This document shows positions 19,771 through 30,499 of a DNA stretch of 64,000 nucleotides, in pieces; within the stretch, counting starts at the first letter, position 1; every line of letters begins with the position of its first letter. This DNA comes from Halothiobacillaceae bacterium (lineage in GTDB: Bacteria; Pseudomonadota; Gammaproteobacteria; Halothiobacillales; Halothiobacillaceae). The translations under genes were made by a program, and so were the position numbers. The notes under the pieces are model-generated. The model was not told where the DNA came from, made no database searches, and saw only the letters and a list, made by a program, of their open reading frames with translations. The stretch covers positions 1,008-65,007 of the forward strand of contig JBKHDT010000007.1 in NCBI GenBank assembly GCA_046541195.1, written 5' to 3'.

Positions 19771-21066
19771 ATGCGCCTTCTGGCGTCTTTGCGGCTACCA
19801 CTTCGTGCCGTCCGGCAATCGCTCTGGATCGCGCTGCTGTGCGGTCTGGTGCTCATCCCCGCGATGGTCACGCCCACGGGCGTCTGGGCTGACGCACCCG
19901 GCAGGGTCGTGCTGGACTTCTACTGGACCGAGCACTGTCCACGCTGCCGGGATGCGCGCCCCTTCATTGCCGAGCTTGAAGCCCGGCACGACTGGCTGGT
20001 CGTGCGTTCACACAACCTGAGCGCCGACCCGGGAGCCGGCGCACGCTACGTCGCCCAGGCGGCCGCGCTGGGCGAGGAGGCACGTGCCGTCCCGGCATTC
20101 CTGTTCTGCGGGGCGATGCGCGTCGGCTACGATCACCCCGAGGGTGCCGGGGCCGAACTGGTCGAACTGCTTTCGCGGTGTCATCAACGCATGCTTGAGG
20201 GGGAGTCGGACCCGAGGCTTGAGCCGGCGCTCTGGCGTGACCGGGACACGCTGAACCTGCCCGCCATCGGGACCGTGTCGCTCGATGAGCTGTCCCTTCC
20301 GGCGCTGACCGTCCTGATCGCCGGGATGGACGCCTTCAATCCCTGCGCGTTCTTCGTGCTGCTGTTTCTGATGAGCATCGTGGTGCATACGCGCAGCCGG
20401 GCGAGGATCCTCCTGATCGGCGGCAGCTTCGTTGCCGTCTCGGCGCTGGTGTATTTCCTGTTTCTGGCCGCCTGGCTGGGGCTGTTCATGACCCTCGGCA
20501 CCATGGACTGGATCACCCGCCTGGCGGGCCTGGTCGCCGTGGTGATCGCGATCGTCCACATCAAGGATTATTTTCGGTTCCGCCGGGGGATCAGCCTGAG
20601 CATCCCGGATACGGCCAAGCCCGGGCTGTTCCAGCGCATGAGGCGATTGACCGAGCACCGGCAGTTCGGCTGGGTCATGGCCGGCACCCTGGCCCTGGCC
20701 GTGGTCGTCAACCTCTACGAGCTGGCCTGCACGGCGGGGTTGCCGATGGTGTACACGCGCATTCTGACCGATCACGCGCTGACAACCGTGGGATATTACG
20801 GCTACCTGGGCCTGTACAGCCTGGTGTATGCCTTGCCCATGCTGGTGATCGTCGGGTTGTTCGCCGCCACGCTCGGCGCGCGCAAGCTTCAGGAATCCGA
20901 GGGTCGCACCCTCAAGCTCGTCTCCGGCATGATGCTGCTCGGCCTGGGGCTGTTGCTGCTGGCGGCGCCAGGGCAGCTGTCCAATCCCGGGACCGCGCTG
21001 GCCTCGCTGGCCATCGCGCTGCTGCTCGCCGCCTGGGTCCGGCTGCGCTATCCCCCCGGGGGATGA
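19771..21066 (+). CDS. Thioredoxin-fold domain fused to a DsbD/CcdA-like polytopic membrane domain
   Basis: Trimmed to ATG 19771 because the track start at 19618 overlaps ridA. Signal/TM segment, periplasmic fold with CPRC, then about 7 TM helices with membrane-embedded cysteines (AFNPCAFF and YELACTAGLP). This resembles the paired-Cys electron-transfer motifs of the DsbD_2/CcdA family. Confidence 0.65.
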   Translation: MRLLASLRLPLRAVRQSLWIALLCGLVLIPAMVTPTGVWADAPGRVVLDFYWTEHCPRCRDARPFIAELEARHDWLVVRSHNLSADPGAGARYVAQAAALGEEARAVPAFLFCGAMRVGYDHPEGAGAELVELLSRCHQRMLEGESDPRLEPALWRDRDTLNLPAIGTVSLDELSLPALTVLIAGMDAFNPCAFFVLLFLMSIVVHTRSRARILLIGGSFVAVSALVYFLFLAAWLGLFMTLGTMDWITRLAGLVAVVIAIVHIKDYFRFRRGISLSIPDTAKPGLFQRMRRLTEHRQFGWVMAGTLALAVVVNLYELACTAGLPMVYTRILTDHALTTVGYYGYLGLYSLVYALPMLVIVGLFAATLGARKLQESEGRTLKLVSGMMLLGLGLLLLAAPGQLSNPGTALASLAIALLLAAWVRLRYPPGG

Positions 21067-21158
21067 TGGGATGGGCATCGCCCCTGGGAGGCTGTTGGAA
21101 CTCAGCCTCAGGCGGCCCGCAGAAACGACAACGAAACACACAAAAAAAGGAAAAAGAC

Positions 21159-21440
21159 ATGCTGCAAGTCAACGAACACCACGAAGGCCGGGTCAAGTCC
21201 ATCGGCTTCGAGACCGCCACGCTCCCGGCCACGGTCGGCGTGATGGAACCGGGCCAATACGACTTCCAGACCCAACGTGCCGAGACCATCCACGTGATCA
21301 GCGGCAATATGCGGGTTCGGGTCGGGGATGAAGTCGATTGGCAGGTCTACGACGAGGGTGAGCGCTTCGACATCCCGGCCGAGTCGCGCTTTGAAGTGGC
21401 CATTGAGCACCAAACGGCCTACCTGTGCCTCTATTGCTGA
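21159..21440 (+). CDS. ppnP: Pyrimidine/purine nucleoside phosphorylase PpnP (DUF1255)
   Basis: 93 aa, starting MLQVNEHHEGRVKSIGF... and ending ...AYLCLYC, both typical of YaiE/PpnP. AAAGGAAAAA lies upstream. The track ORF has a spurious 32-aa extension. Confidence 0.85.
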   Translation: MLQVNEHHEGRVKSIGFETATLPATVGVMEPGQYDFQTQRAETIHVISGNMRVRVGDEVDWQVYDEGERFDIPAESRFEVAIEHQTAYLCLYC

Positions 21441-21461
21441 GCGCCCGGGACGCAACGACCC

Positions 21462-22718
21462 TCACCGCAGCCCCAGGGCCTGTGCATCCGCAAGCTTGCC
21501 ATTGAACCACCAGTTGCCCTCGAGTCGGTTGATCGAGCTGATCCAGTCGCCCTGGTCCGCCACGATCCATCCTTCCCGGTCCAGCCGCCCGATGATGCGC
21601 GCGGCCAGGTCGTCCCGAGGCGCGCCCCGGTCTTGACCAAGCCAGCGCCCGACGCCCTGCTCCAGCAGGGTCGGGGATACACGCAACTGGCCGGAGATCC
21701 GCCAGCGGTCTTCGCCGCGGTCGAACAGCGGATCGCGGAGGTCCGGACCGATCAGGTCGCCGGACAGATGCAGCCCGCCCTGCGGGAAGTTCAACTGCAA
21801 GGCATCGAGATTCAACCGGGCCGAACCCAGCGGCGCCAGCAGTGCCGACCAGTCCCTGAGCCCGACCTGCGCCACCGCGGCTACCAGCGATTGCCCGGAG
21901 TCCAGAATTGCCATGAACTGTCGGCCCACGTCATAGGAGGCGGGCCAGAAACGCCGCTCGATGCCCCGTCCGCCCGCCAGCAGCGCGAACGGACCCACGG
22001 TTTCGCCCGAGCGTGAAAAGCTGTCGAGCGTGAAATTCAGTTGCAGGTCCTCACGCCCGCCACTCATCATGGCACGGCGCAACCGCAGGGACAGGCCGTC
22101 GACCATCCAGCCCCGGGTTTCCCTGACCAGCCCCAGCCGCGCGATGGCCAGTCCAAGCTCACCTTCCCAGCCCTCCGGCGCGCGATGCAGGTCCATGTCG
22201 GCGTTCATGCGCCCAAGCAACAGGTCCTGCGTCGGCGTGGTCACGCGCAATCCGGCCAGGGAGATCACCCCGGTCAGGGTATCGGGCAGCATGTCGTATC
22301 GAATCCGCCCGATCGGCTGGGCATCCGCGCGGGCGAGCGCAGGTGAAAAATCGACCGAGCCGCCAGGCGTCACCTGCACGAGCAGTTCAAGCGCGGAGCG
22401 ACCCTGCCAGTCCCGCACCTGTACGGGACTGTCCCGGGATACCCGGATGGTGCCGAACAGCCAGCCCGGACGCCCTGCCTCGAACCGGGGGCCGTGGCGC
22501 ACATCGAACTCAAGCCGAAGCGGCGATTCGCTGCCCCGGATGGGAACCTCCAGCAGGTAGCGGGCGCTTCGCCACCCGCGATCACTGGCGAGCAGCCGCC
22601 AGGGTGCCTGCTCGGCCGACAGGGCCCGGGCGACCAGCATCCCGACCTGGTGCGGCAGCACGAAGGCCGCCAGCAACGACAGGGTGGCGAGCAGCAGGAT
22701 CAGGCGAGCCAGTTTCAT
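21462..22718 (-). CDS. YdgA-like (DUF945) membrane-anchored protein
   Basis: N-terminal anchor MKLARLILLLATLSLLAAFVL. Long beta-rich body. C-terminal LEGNWWFNGKL resembles the YdgA C-terminus (ANGQITLNGQK). The start could also be 22742. Confidence 0.5.
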   Translation of the reverse strand: MKLARLILLLATLSLLAAFVLPHQVGMLVARALSAEQAPWRLLASDRGWRSARYLLEVPIRGSESPLRLEFDVRHGPRFEAGRPGWLFGTIRVSRDSPVQVRDWQGRSALELLVQVTPGGSVDFSPALARADAQPIGRIRYDMLPDTLTGVISLAGLRVTTPTQDLLLGRMNADMDLHRAPEGWEGELGLAIARLGLVRETRGWMVDGLSLRLRRAMMSGGREDLQLNFTLDSFSRSGETVGPFALLAGGRGIERRFWPASYDVGRQFMAILDSGQSLVAAVAQVGLRDWSALLAPLGSARLNLDALQLNFPQGGLHLSGDLIGPDLRDPLFDRGEDRWRISGQLRVSPTLLEQGVGRWLGQDRGAPRDDLAARIIGRLDREGWIVADQGDWISSINRLEGNWWFNGKLADAQALGLR

Positions 22719-22920
22719 GAGGGCAAGTTGCGGTGAACGCATCGGATCTGCCCGAGCATGTCGGCCCTCGAATCGCCAGCAGGCGCCCAAAGGCAGACAG
22801 GGCATGATTTCGTGCGGTGGACTTCACGGGACATCACGGGGGCGCCTGCAGCGCACCCGGGCCAGTGCGCGGAAGCCTCGCAAACCGATCGACGAGGCAC
22901 GCCGAGGGTTCAGCGGTCAA

Positions 22921-24096
22921 TCAGGGCAGGCCCACGCGAACCAGGGTCCCGTCGCGGCCGAGCACGTACAGGGCCTTGTCATCGCCAACCAGCGGACTGA
23001 CGACATCACGGGCCTTGGTGCGCACGCGCGCAACCAGTGCGCCGGTCTCCGGAGACAGGAAATGCACGTACCCCTCGAAGTCGGCGACGGCGAGCCAGGC
23101 GCCGATCCGGACCGGCCCGGTCAGGAACCGGTTGTTCAATGCATCCTGCTGCCAGTACTTGTCGCCACTACGCCGGTCGATCGCATGAATCACGCCCTCG
23201 GCATCCGTGATGTAGAGCGCCTGCGCATCCCCGGTGAAGTTGTCGAAACCGCTGAGCTCACGGCTCCACAAGGTTCGGCCGCTGCGCACGTCGATCGCCG
23301 CCAGGTTGCCCTGAAAGGCCAGCGCATAGACGATGCCGTCGAGGAAAAGCGGCCGGGCGTCGATGTCGACCATGCGGTCAATATCGGTCCGACCGCGAGG
23401 AAGGGCGATCTGGTTCTCCCAGAGGACGCGTCCGTCATCAAGCGCATGGGCCACGAGCAAGCCATTGTCATGGCCGACGATCACCGCATCGACACCGGCC
23501 AGCGGACGGCTCTGCCCCTGCAGGGCGAGCGGCGGCACCTTGCGTCCATCCACCCAGACCCGCCGCCCGTCGGCTTCGTCCAGGGCGAATATGCGGCCAT
23601 CGCCGGCACGAACGATGACCTGGCCACCGGCGATCACGGCCGGGGCAGCCGCCGCCGTCGTCAGCGTCGCTTCCCAACGCGGGGTCGACCCGCCCGGCTC
23701 GATCGCCAGCACCCGCCCATCACTCGTGCCGACCACCAGCAGGTCCTCGCTGGCGGCGATCCCGGAGACGACCGATTCGCCATCGAGGTCGAGCTCGACC
23801 TCGTGACGAAGGGCGCCGGTCCGGGCGTCGCGTTCCTGTATCCGGCCATCGGGGTCCACCGTGTATATCCGGTCCTCCACGCGCTCGGCAATCAGGCGCG
23901 AGAGGCGGGAGGGCTGCGCCGCACCGACATCGGCGGACCATTCCACCACCGGCGCGAATTGCGCGTCGATCGCGGTCAGCTCCGCCGGCGGGGCCACGTG
24001 ATCGGTGCCGGCACAACCGCCAAGCAGCAGGGCACCCGCCAGGGCGACGGCCGGAATGATTCGGGGTCCAGGGATCGTTGGGGTCAACCAGTTCAT
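22921..24096 (-). CDS. bamB: Outer-membrane protein assembly factor BamB
   Basis: Trimmed to MNWLTPT..., with AGGAG upstream. Lipobox LLLGGC. Repeated PQQ-like beta-propeller blades (G.V.A.D...G...W). Conserved position after yfgM. Confidence 0.88.
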   Translation of the reverse strand: MNWLTPTIPGPRIIPAVALAGALLLGGCAGTDHVAPPAELTAIDAQFAPVVEWSADVGAAQPSRLSRLIAERVEDRIYTVDPDGRIQERDARTGALRHEVELDLDGESVVSGIAASEDLLVVGTSDGRVLAIEPGGSTPRWEATLTTAAAAPAVIAGGQVIVRAGDGRIFALDEADGRRVWVDGRKVPPLALQGQSRPLAGVDAVIVGHDNGLLVAHALDDGRVLWENQIALPRGRTDIDRMVDIDARPLFLDGIVYALAFQGNLAAIDVRSGRTLWSRELSGFDNFTGDAQALYITDAEGVIHAIDRRSGDKYWQQDALNNRFLTGPVRIGAWLAVADFEGYVHFLSPETGALVARVRTKARDVVSPLVGDDKALYVLGRDGTLVRVGLP

Positions 24097-24340
24097 GCGG
24101 GCACTCCTAGGGAAACTCTGCACCAAGCCCTCCGTGGCTTCGTGGACTTGCGCCAGCTGTCGCTTCCGCAACCACCGGGCCAATACATGCCCGGCCCGTG
24201 CGGCGCGGTTGACTGGCTGGCGCCATGACGCGGCAGGGCTCCCATGCCCTGCACGAAAAGGTCTGCGCAAAGCCATTCGCGAACAAACACCGGCGCGCGC
24301 CGGACCGTCGTGGGGTCACGCCGGAAGGGGCATCGCGCGA

Positions 24341-24976
24341 TCAGCCGGCAGGCAGGTCGTCACGCTTCAGACGCAGCAGCGACACATCCGCGGAGGCGCC
24401 TGCCGCCGCCAGGGCGCGGTCATACGCTGCCTTGGCCCCGTCGTAATCGCCCTGCGCCCGAAGGATGTCCCCACGCAGCTCCTCGCGCTGGGTCTCGAAC
24501 GCGGTGGCCATGGGCGTATCGAGGACGTCCAGGGCCTCCCCGGGATTGCCGGCCTGCCAATGGAATCTCGCCAAACGCAGGCGCGCCAGGTCGCGCAGTG
24601 GCTTCTGGCGGGCATCCGACGCCAGATCGCTCAGCGTGGCGATGGCCGACTCGGCTCCATCGGCACGATAGCGAAGGGTCGCCTCGGTCAGGCGCGCCAG
24701 ATCCGCATACGGGGTGCTGCCGTAGCGCTCGGCAAGCCCGCTGGCCTTGTCGATGGCCGACTGGTCTCCCTGGTCCGCAGCGACTTCCAGCTCCTGCCAG
24801 GCCAGCGAGGCGCTGTTGAGCGTGTGCTCGCGCCACTCGCCGTAGCCCGTCCAGGCGACCAGGCCGGCCACGGCCAAGCCCACGCCGACAATCACGGATC
24901 GTCCGTTCTCGGCCCACCAGGCGCGCAGTGCATCAAGCTGTTCGTCGTCGGTTCCAATCTCACGCATGGTGTTCAA
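24341..24976 (-). CDS. yfgM: YfgM-family TPR-like membrane protein (ancillary SecYEG subunit)
   Basis: 211 aa. The TDDEQLDALRAWWAENG start, a single TM helix and the TPR-like C-domain are typical of YfgM. Sits between hisS and bamB as in other gammaproteobacteria. Confidence 0.75.
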   Translation of the reverse strand: MNTMREIGTDDEQLDALRAWWAENGRSVIVGVGLAVAGLVAWTGYGEWREHTLNSASLAWQELEVAADQGDQSAIDKASGLAERYGSTPYADLARLTEATLRYRADGAESAIATLSDLASDARQKPLRDLARLRLARFHWQAGNPGEALDVLDTPMATAFETQREELRGDILRAQGDYDGAKAAYDRALAAAGASADVSLLRLKRDDLPAG

Positions 24977-25034
24977 GGACTCCAGTCAGGTTTTCAGGAA
25001 AGTTCATTCTGCCACAAACCGGCCAGGGGCCTGT

Positions 25035-26306
25035 TCAGCCAGCCTGCGCGAACAGGGTGGCCAGGTCGTCCAGGGCAAGCTCGTGCTGCGGTTCGTCGTG
25101 GCGCAGCGGCTTGACCGTCACGACCCCCCGGGCGCGCTCGGACTCGCCGAGTACCAGAGCGTATCGGGCCCCGCTGCGATCGGCACGCTTGAACTGGGCC
25201 TTGAGACTGCCGCCGTCGAAGTTCACCATCACCTGCAGGCCGCGGACCCGCTCGCGCAGCCACTCGGCAAGCTGCAGGGCCTCTGCCTGGGCCTCAAGGT
25301 CGCCGGTCACCAGGTAGACGTCCGCCTGCGGCGGTTCCACGCCGCCTGCCTGAGACTCGATCAGCGCGACCAGTCGCTCCAGGCCGATTGCAAAGCCCGC
25401 CGCCGGCGTTTCGCGCCCGCCAAGCTGGGCGACCAGGCCGTCATACCGGCCACCGGCACAGACCGTTCCCTGCGCCCCGAGCCGGTCGGTCACCCACTCG
25501 AACACGGTCTTGTTGTAGTAATCAAGCCCGCGCACCAGCCGGGGGTTGACGCGGTAATCGATACCGGCCGCATCGAGCAGGGCGCGGACCCGCCCGAACT
25601 CGGCCCGGGTCTGTTCGTCCAGGTAGTCAGCCAGCCGCGGCGCGTTCTCGGCAAGCGCCTGCATTGCGGGGTTCTTGCTGTCCAGCACCCGCAAGGGATT
25701 GCTGTACATGCGGCGGCGGCCGTCCTCGTCGAGCTGGTCAACATGCGCCTCGAGATATTCGATCAGGACGGCCCGATGCGCCAGGCGCGCCTCGGTCGTG
25801 CCCAGCGTGTTGATCTCCAGGCGGATCTCGCCCAGTCCAAGCGCGCGCCAGAGCCGATGCGCCATGAGCATCAACTCCACGTCCAGGTCCGGCCCGGCGA
25901 TGCCGAAGGCCTCGACGCCGAACTGGTGGAACTGGCGATAACGCCCCTTCTGCGGGCGTTCGTGCCGGAACATCGGACCGATGTACCAGAGCTTGCGCTG
26001 GGCATTGTGGATCAGGCCATGCTGAAGGCAGGCCCGGACGCAACCGGCGGTTCCCTCCGGACGCAGGGTGAGGCTCTCGCCGTTGCGATCGTCGAAGGTG
26101 TACATCTCCTTCTCGACGATATCGGTCACCTCGCCGATCGACCGCTTGAACAGCGCGGTCTCCTCGACCACCGGCATCCGGATCTCTCGATAGCCATAGG
26201 ACTCGGCCACCTCGGCAAGGGTATTTTCAACCCGGCGCCATAGGCCCGAGCGATCCGGGAGCAGGTCGTGCATCCCGCGTATCGACTGTATCCTGCCGCT
26301 CATCAT
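25035..26306 (-). CDS. hisS: Histidine--tRNA ligase
   Basis: 423 aa. Class II motifs ([43 protein letters not shown]). ATGA overlap with the ispG stop. Confidence 0.95.
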   Translation of the reverse strand: MMSGRIQSIRGMHDLLPDRSGLWRRVENTLAEVAESYGYREIRMPVVEETALFKRSIGEVTDIVEKEMYTFDDRNGESLTLRPEGTAGCVRACLQHGLIHNAQRKLWYIGPMFRHERPQKGRYRQFHQFGVEAFGIAGPDLDVELMLMAHRLWRALGLGEIRLEINTLGTTEARLAHRAVLIEYLEAHVDQLDEDGRRRMYSNPLRVLDSKNPAMQALAENAPRLADYLDEQTRAEFGRVRALLDAAGIDYRVNPRLVRGLDYYNKTVFEWVTDRLGAQGTVCAGGRYDGLVAQLGGRETPAAGFAIGLERLVALIESQAGGVEPPQADVYLVTGDLEAQAEALQLAEWLRERVRGLQVMVNFDGGSLKAQFKRADRSGARYALVLGESERARGVVTVKPLRHDEPQHELALDDLATLFAQAG

Positions 26307-27397
26307 CCACCGTTTCTTGCCGCGTCCACCCGGGCGCGGATCTGTTTTTCCAGTTCATCCACCAACTGCTCGGCCGCCAGCTTCTCGCGGGGCTTGCCAT
26401 CGACGTACAACAGGTTCGGCTGCCCGCCCGTCACGCCGATCGCCGCCTCCCGCGCCTCGCCGGGACCGTTGACCACGCAGCCGATCACCGCGACATCCAT
26501 GGGCACGTCGATGTCCTCGATGCGACCCTCCAGCGCGTTGACCGTCGAAATCACGTCGAAGGCCTGCCGCGAACAGGATGGACAGGCGACCAGGTTGACC
26601 CCGCGCGAACGCAGGTGCAGCGCCTTGAGGATATCCCAGCCGACCTTCACTTCCTCGACCGGGTCTGCCGCCAGTGAAACGCGCAGGGTGTCGCCGATCC
26701 CCTCGGCCAGCAGCATCCCGAGCCCGATGGCGGACTTCACGGAGCCCGAGCGCAGGCCGCCGGCCTCCGTGATGCCCAGGTGCAAGGGCTGCTCGATCTG
26801 ACCGGCAAGCTGCCGATAGGCCAGCACGGTCATGAACACGTCCGAAGCCTTCAGGGAAACCTTGAAGTCCTGGAAGTCCAGCCGGTCCAGGATATCGATA
26901 TGCCGCAGGGCCGACTCCACCAGCGCCTCGGGTGTCGGCTCGCGGTACTTCTGCTGCAGGTCCTTTTCCAGGGAGCCGGCATTGACCCCGATCCGGATGG
27001 GAATCCCGCGATCGCGTGCCGCGGACACCACCGCGCGCACCCGGTCCTCGCGCCCGATATTGCCGGGGTTGATGCGCAGGCAGTCGACGCCCAGCTCGGC
27101 CACCCGCAGGGCGATCCGGTAGTCGAAGTGGATATCGGCGACCAGGGGCAGGTCGACCTGCGCCCGGATCCGTCCGAAGGCCTCGGCGGCCTCCATGCCG
27201 GGCACGGAAACCCGAACGATGTCGGCACCCGCCTTCTGCAGGGCCTGCACCTGCGCCACGGTCGCCGCCACGTCCAGGGTATTGGTATTGGTCATGCTCT
27301 GGACGGAGATCGGGGCATCGCCACCGACCGGCACGCGGCCGACATGAATCTTGCGCGTCAGCCGACGAACCACGGGACTGTGCACCGCCATGCTCAC
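26303..27397 (-). CDS. ispG: 4-hydroxy-3-methylbut-2-en-1-yl diphosphate synthase
   Basis: 364 aa. [23 protein letters not shown] and [15 protein letters not shown] Fe-S cluster motifs. Confidence 0.95.
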   Translation of the reverse strand: MSMAVHSPVVRRLTRKIHVGRVPVGGDAPISVQSMTNTNTLDVAATVAQVQALQKAGADIVRVSVPGMEAAEAFGRIRAQVDLPLVADIHFDYRIALRVAELGVDCLRINPGNIGREDRVRAVVSAARDRGIPIRIGVNAGSLEKDLQQKYREPTPEALVESALRHIDILDRLDFQDFKVSLKASDVFMTVLAYRQLAGQIEQPLHLGITEAGGLRSGSVKSAIGLGMLLAEGIGDTLRVSLAADPVEEVKVGWDILKALHLRSRGVNLVACPSCSRQAFDVISTVNALEGRIEDIDVPMDVAVIGCVVNGPGEAREAAIGVTGGQPNLLYVDGKPREKLAAEQLVDELEKQIRARVDAARNGG

Positions 27398-27500
27398 CGG
27401 TCATCCTCCGTGACGATCCGGGTTTTGCCGGCCCGTTCGGATACGCGGCCCATCGTCGCAAGACGCGACGGGCCCGCCCGCAGCGTGCGGCACCGAACGT

Positions 27501-28505
27501 TCACGGGTTTTCCCCGAAGGTCAGCCGGGTGGTGCTTCGTCCGTCCCGCGGTGTCAGGTCAAGAAGCTCGCCCCGGTAGGTAACCCGCACCACGGCCGGG
27601 TTGCCGAGCACCAGCTCGAAAGGCGGACGCCCCTCGAAGCTGCGGGACTCGTCCCGGCCGAGCGTGCCGAACATGAGCCGGTCACCGCGCGAATCGCTGA
27701 GCTCGACCCAGCTTTCCCCGCCCTCGGTCGAAATCCGGACCGTGCGCTCGGCCGGCGGCTCCGTCGTCGCCCCGGATTCGTCCCGCGCGGATTCCTCTGC
27801 CGCTGCTGATCCGGACGTTTCCGGACCGGACTCGGCATCCGCCGCCGCGTCCTCTTCTGGCGACGTCTGGGCTGTTTCCGACCGGCTCGGCCGGGACAGG
27901 GGCTCGTCGATGGCCGGCAGGAGCGGCTCGACCGGCTCCGGCGCAACCGTCGGCGGCGGCATCGGCACCACCCGCTGGCTTTCTTCGGTCACCAAATCCC
28001 GGTCGGACGGAGGCTCAAGGATGGCGCTTTCGCCGTCAGGCATCTTGCCCAGCAGCCCGGACGGGAGCAGTTGCCATCCAATCAGGCCGACCACCATCGC
28101 CACGACCAGCCAGAAAACCCAGACGAACCAGCGGCTGCGAACCCGTTCCTGCTCCATCACCGCCAACGTCGGCCGGGTCTCCCGCCGGACCGTTTCTCGC
28201 GGCCGGTGGCTACCGAGGACATCCGCGTACTCATCAAGGACCTGGTCGGCATCCAGACCGAGCGCCGGCGCCCAGCTCTTGATGTAGGCCCTGATGTACA
28301 TGGGCCCCGGCGTATCCTGCAGCCGATCATCGAAAATGGCCTGCACCGTTCGCAGGTCGAGGTTGAGCATGGCGGCCAGGTCCGCGGCGGTCAGCCCCTG
28401 GCGGTCTGCGGCGTCGGACAGTCGGCGCCCCAGTGTCCTGCCTGCCCCGTCGACCCGGGGCTCCTCGCGTTCCTCGCCGTGTTCTTGAGTCGGATCGGTC
28501 TTCAT
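27501..28505 (-). CDS. rodZ: Cytoskeleton protein RodZ
   Basis: 334 aa. Xre-type HTH (LGRRLSDAADRQGLTAADLAAMLNL), one TM helix, a Pro/Glu/Ser-rich linker and a C-terminal DUF4115-like domain. ATGA overlap with pilW. Confidence 0.85.
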   Translation of the reverse strand: MKTDPTQEHGEEREEPRVDGAGRTLGRRLSDAADRQGLTAADLAAMLNLDLRTVQAIFDDRLQDTPGPMYIRAYIKSWAPALGLDADQVLDEYADVLGSHRPRETVRRETRPTLAVMEQERVRSRWFVWVFWLVVAMVVGLIGWQLLPSGLLGKMPDGESAILEPPSDRDLVTEESQRVVPMPPPTVAPEPVEPLLPAIDEPLSRPSRSETAQTSPEEDAAADAESGPETSGSAAAEESARDESGATTEPPAERTVRISTEGGESWVELSDSRGDRLMFGTLGRDESRSFEGRPPFELVLGNPAVVRVTYRGELLDLTPRDGRSTTRLTFGENP

Positions 28506-29314
28506 GGCGTTTGTCTCTGTTCAAGCCAGCGCGCCTCGTCCGAATCGGGGAATCGGCCACGCAAGAGCAGCGCGTGACTGGCACGCGCATCCCGGTCGCC
28601 GACCGCCTCGTCGATCCGGATGGCCAGCTTGAGACTGGCCGGCGTATGACGCTGGGCATTCTCGAAGGTGCGCATGGCTTCGGCCGCCTCGGCCGGCTGG
28701 CCCGCCTCCAGGAGGCTGCGCGCCAGATCCAGCTGCGCGGGGGCGTAACCCGGCCGACGTTCCAGGGCACGCCGGAAGGCGTTGACCGCCGCCTCGTGAT
28801 CGCCGGCATCCTGATAGCACATGCCGGCGTTGGTCAGCGCGAACTCGGGCGTGCGATACAAGGGGCGGGACAACGCCGCCTTGAACGCGGCCTGCGCCTC
28901 GTCAAAGGCCCCCTCGCCGCAGAGGAAGGCCCCGTAATTGTTTTGCAGCTGCGGGTCGTCGGGGGCCAGGGCCACGGCCCGCTCGAAATGCTGGCGCGCC
29001 CGGTCGGTTTCATCGACCTGCTCCATGGCCAGTGCGAGGGCGTGATGCGCCGGGGCATAGCGTCCATCGAACCGAACGGCCCGTTCCAGCTTCTCGACCG
29101 CAAGCTCAAGATAACCGCGCTCCAGGTAGCCGACCCCGAGCTCGGTATTGATCCGGGCTGCCTCGCGATTTTCCGAAACGCCCAGATGCGGGGTGTCCTC
29201 CCCGAGCGATTCGTCCGTCACCGAACCCGGCCCGGTTGTGGAACAACCGCCGAGCACCAGCAGCCCTGCGCACATCGACAGGGCGAACACCATTCGTCTG
29301 CCGTCAGCCACCAT
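28502..29314 (-). CDS. pilW: Type IV pilus biogenesis/stability TPR lipoprotein PilW (PilF in Pseudomonas)
   Basis: 270 aa. Lipobox LVLGGC. Six TPR-like repeats. Conserved position between rlmN and rodZ. Confidence 0.8.
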   Translation of the reverse strand: MVADGRRMVFALSMCAGLLVLGGCSTTGPGSVTDESLGEDTPHLGVSENREAARINTELGVGYLERGYLELAVEKLERAVRFDGRYAPAHHALALAMEQVDETDRARQHFERAVALAPDDPQLQNNYGAFLCGEGAFDEAQAAFKAALSRPLYRTPEFALTNAGMCYQDAGDHEAAVNAFRRALERRPGYAPAQLDLARSLLEAGQPAEAAEAMRTFENAQRHTPASLKLAIRIDEAVGDRDARASHALLLRGRFPDSDEARWLEQRQTP

Positions 29315-29326
29315 GTCTGGGCTCCT

Positions 29327-30493
29327 TCAGGCTCGTGGCCCGCTGTGATCGACGCCGGGCGGCGCAAAGCGGAGCAGTCGCCGTGACCGGTCCTCGACCT
29401 CGCCGACCAGCTGCCCGCATGCCGCGTCGATATCATCGCCACGCGTCTTGCGTGGAATGGTGTTGATCCCCGCCGCCTTCAACCGCTGCCGGAAATGCTC
29501 GATGCGATTCCGGCTCGAACGGCGATACTCGGACTGCGGGAAGGGATTGAACGGAATGAGATTCACCTTTGCCTGGGACGCACGCGGCCCGAGCAGGTCG
29601 ATGAGCGCATCCGCCTCGCGGTCGTTGTCGTTGACGCCATCCAGCATCACGTACTCGTAGGTTATCGTGCCATGCGGCACCACCTCGGCGTAGCGGTCGC
29701 AGGCCGCCATCAGCTCAGCCAGGGGATACTTGCGATTGATGGGCACCAGCTCGTCCCGAAGTGGATCGGTCGGGGCGTGCAGGGACACCGCCAGGGCGAC
29801 CGGCAGGCGATCTGCCAGACGATCCATGGCCGGAATGATCCCGGAGGTGCTGATGGTCACCCGCCGCCTGGAGAGCCCGTAGGCGTTGTCGTCCAGCAGG
29901 ATCGAGGTGGCATCGACCACGTTCTCGAAGTTGAGCAGGGGCTCACCCATGCCCATGAACACCACGTTGGTGATTCGCCGGCCGGGGATGATCTGCCGCT
30001 CGATGAGCCGTTCGGCCAGAAAGACCTGGCCGACGATTTCCGCCGTGGACAGGTTGCGATTGAAACCCTGGCGGGCAGTGGAACAGAAGGTGCAGGCCAG
30101 CGAACACCCGACCTGCGAGGAGATGCACAGGGTGGCGCGGTCAGCCTCGGGGATGTAGACCATCTCGATGCTGTTGCCACCGGCCAGCCGGAGCACGAAC
30201 TTGCGCGTCCCGTCCGCGGAACGCTGGTCGACCAGCACCTCGGGCAGGGATACGGTCGCCCGCTCCCGAAGCTTGGCCCGCAGGGAACGGGCGAGGTCGG
30301 TCATCTCGTCAAAGTCGCCCACCCGGCGCTGGTGCAGCCATTTCATGGTCTGCACCGCCCTGAACGGCTTTTCGCCCAACTCGACGTACCAGGACCTCAT
30401 CTGATCGAGCGTAAGCCCGAGCAGGTTGACCCGGTCCGGCTGCTCACCGGCCGGCGCGAGCCGCGACAATGGCGTGGCCACCGGTTCGGTCAT
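29327..30493 (-). CDS. rlmN: 23S rRNA/tRNA (adenine-C2)-methyltransferase RlmN (radical SAM)
   Basis: 388 aa. Radical-SAM [14 protein letters not shown], and a C-terminal DIDAACGQL with the catalytic Cys. Confidence 0.95.
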   Translation of the reverse strand: MTEPVATPLSRLAPAGEQPDRVNLLGLTLDQMRSWYVELGEKPFRAVQTMKWLHQRRVGDFDEMTDLARSLRAKLRERATVSLPEVLVDQRSADGTRKFVLRLAGGNSIEMVYIPEADRATLCISSQVGCSLACTFCSTARQGFNRNLSTAEIVGQVFLAERLIERQIIPGRRITNVVFMGMGEPLLNFENVVDATSILLDDNAYGLSRRRVTISTSGIIPAMDRLADRLPVALAVSLHAPTDPLRDELVPINRKYPLAELMAACDRYAEVVPHGTITYEYVMLDGVNDNDREADALIDLLGPRASQAKVNLIPFNPFPQSEYRRSSRNRIEHFRQRLKAAGINTIPRKTRGDDIDAACGQLVGEVEDRSRRLLRFAPPGVDHSGPRA

Positions 30494-30499
30494 GCCGTT

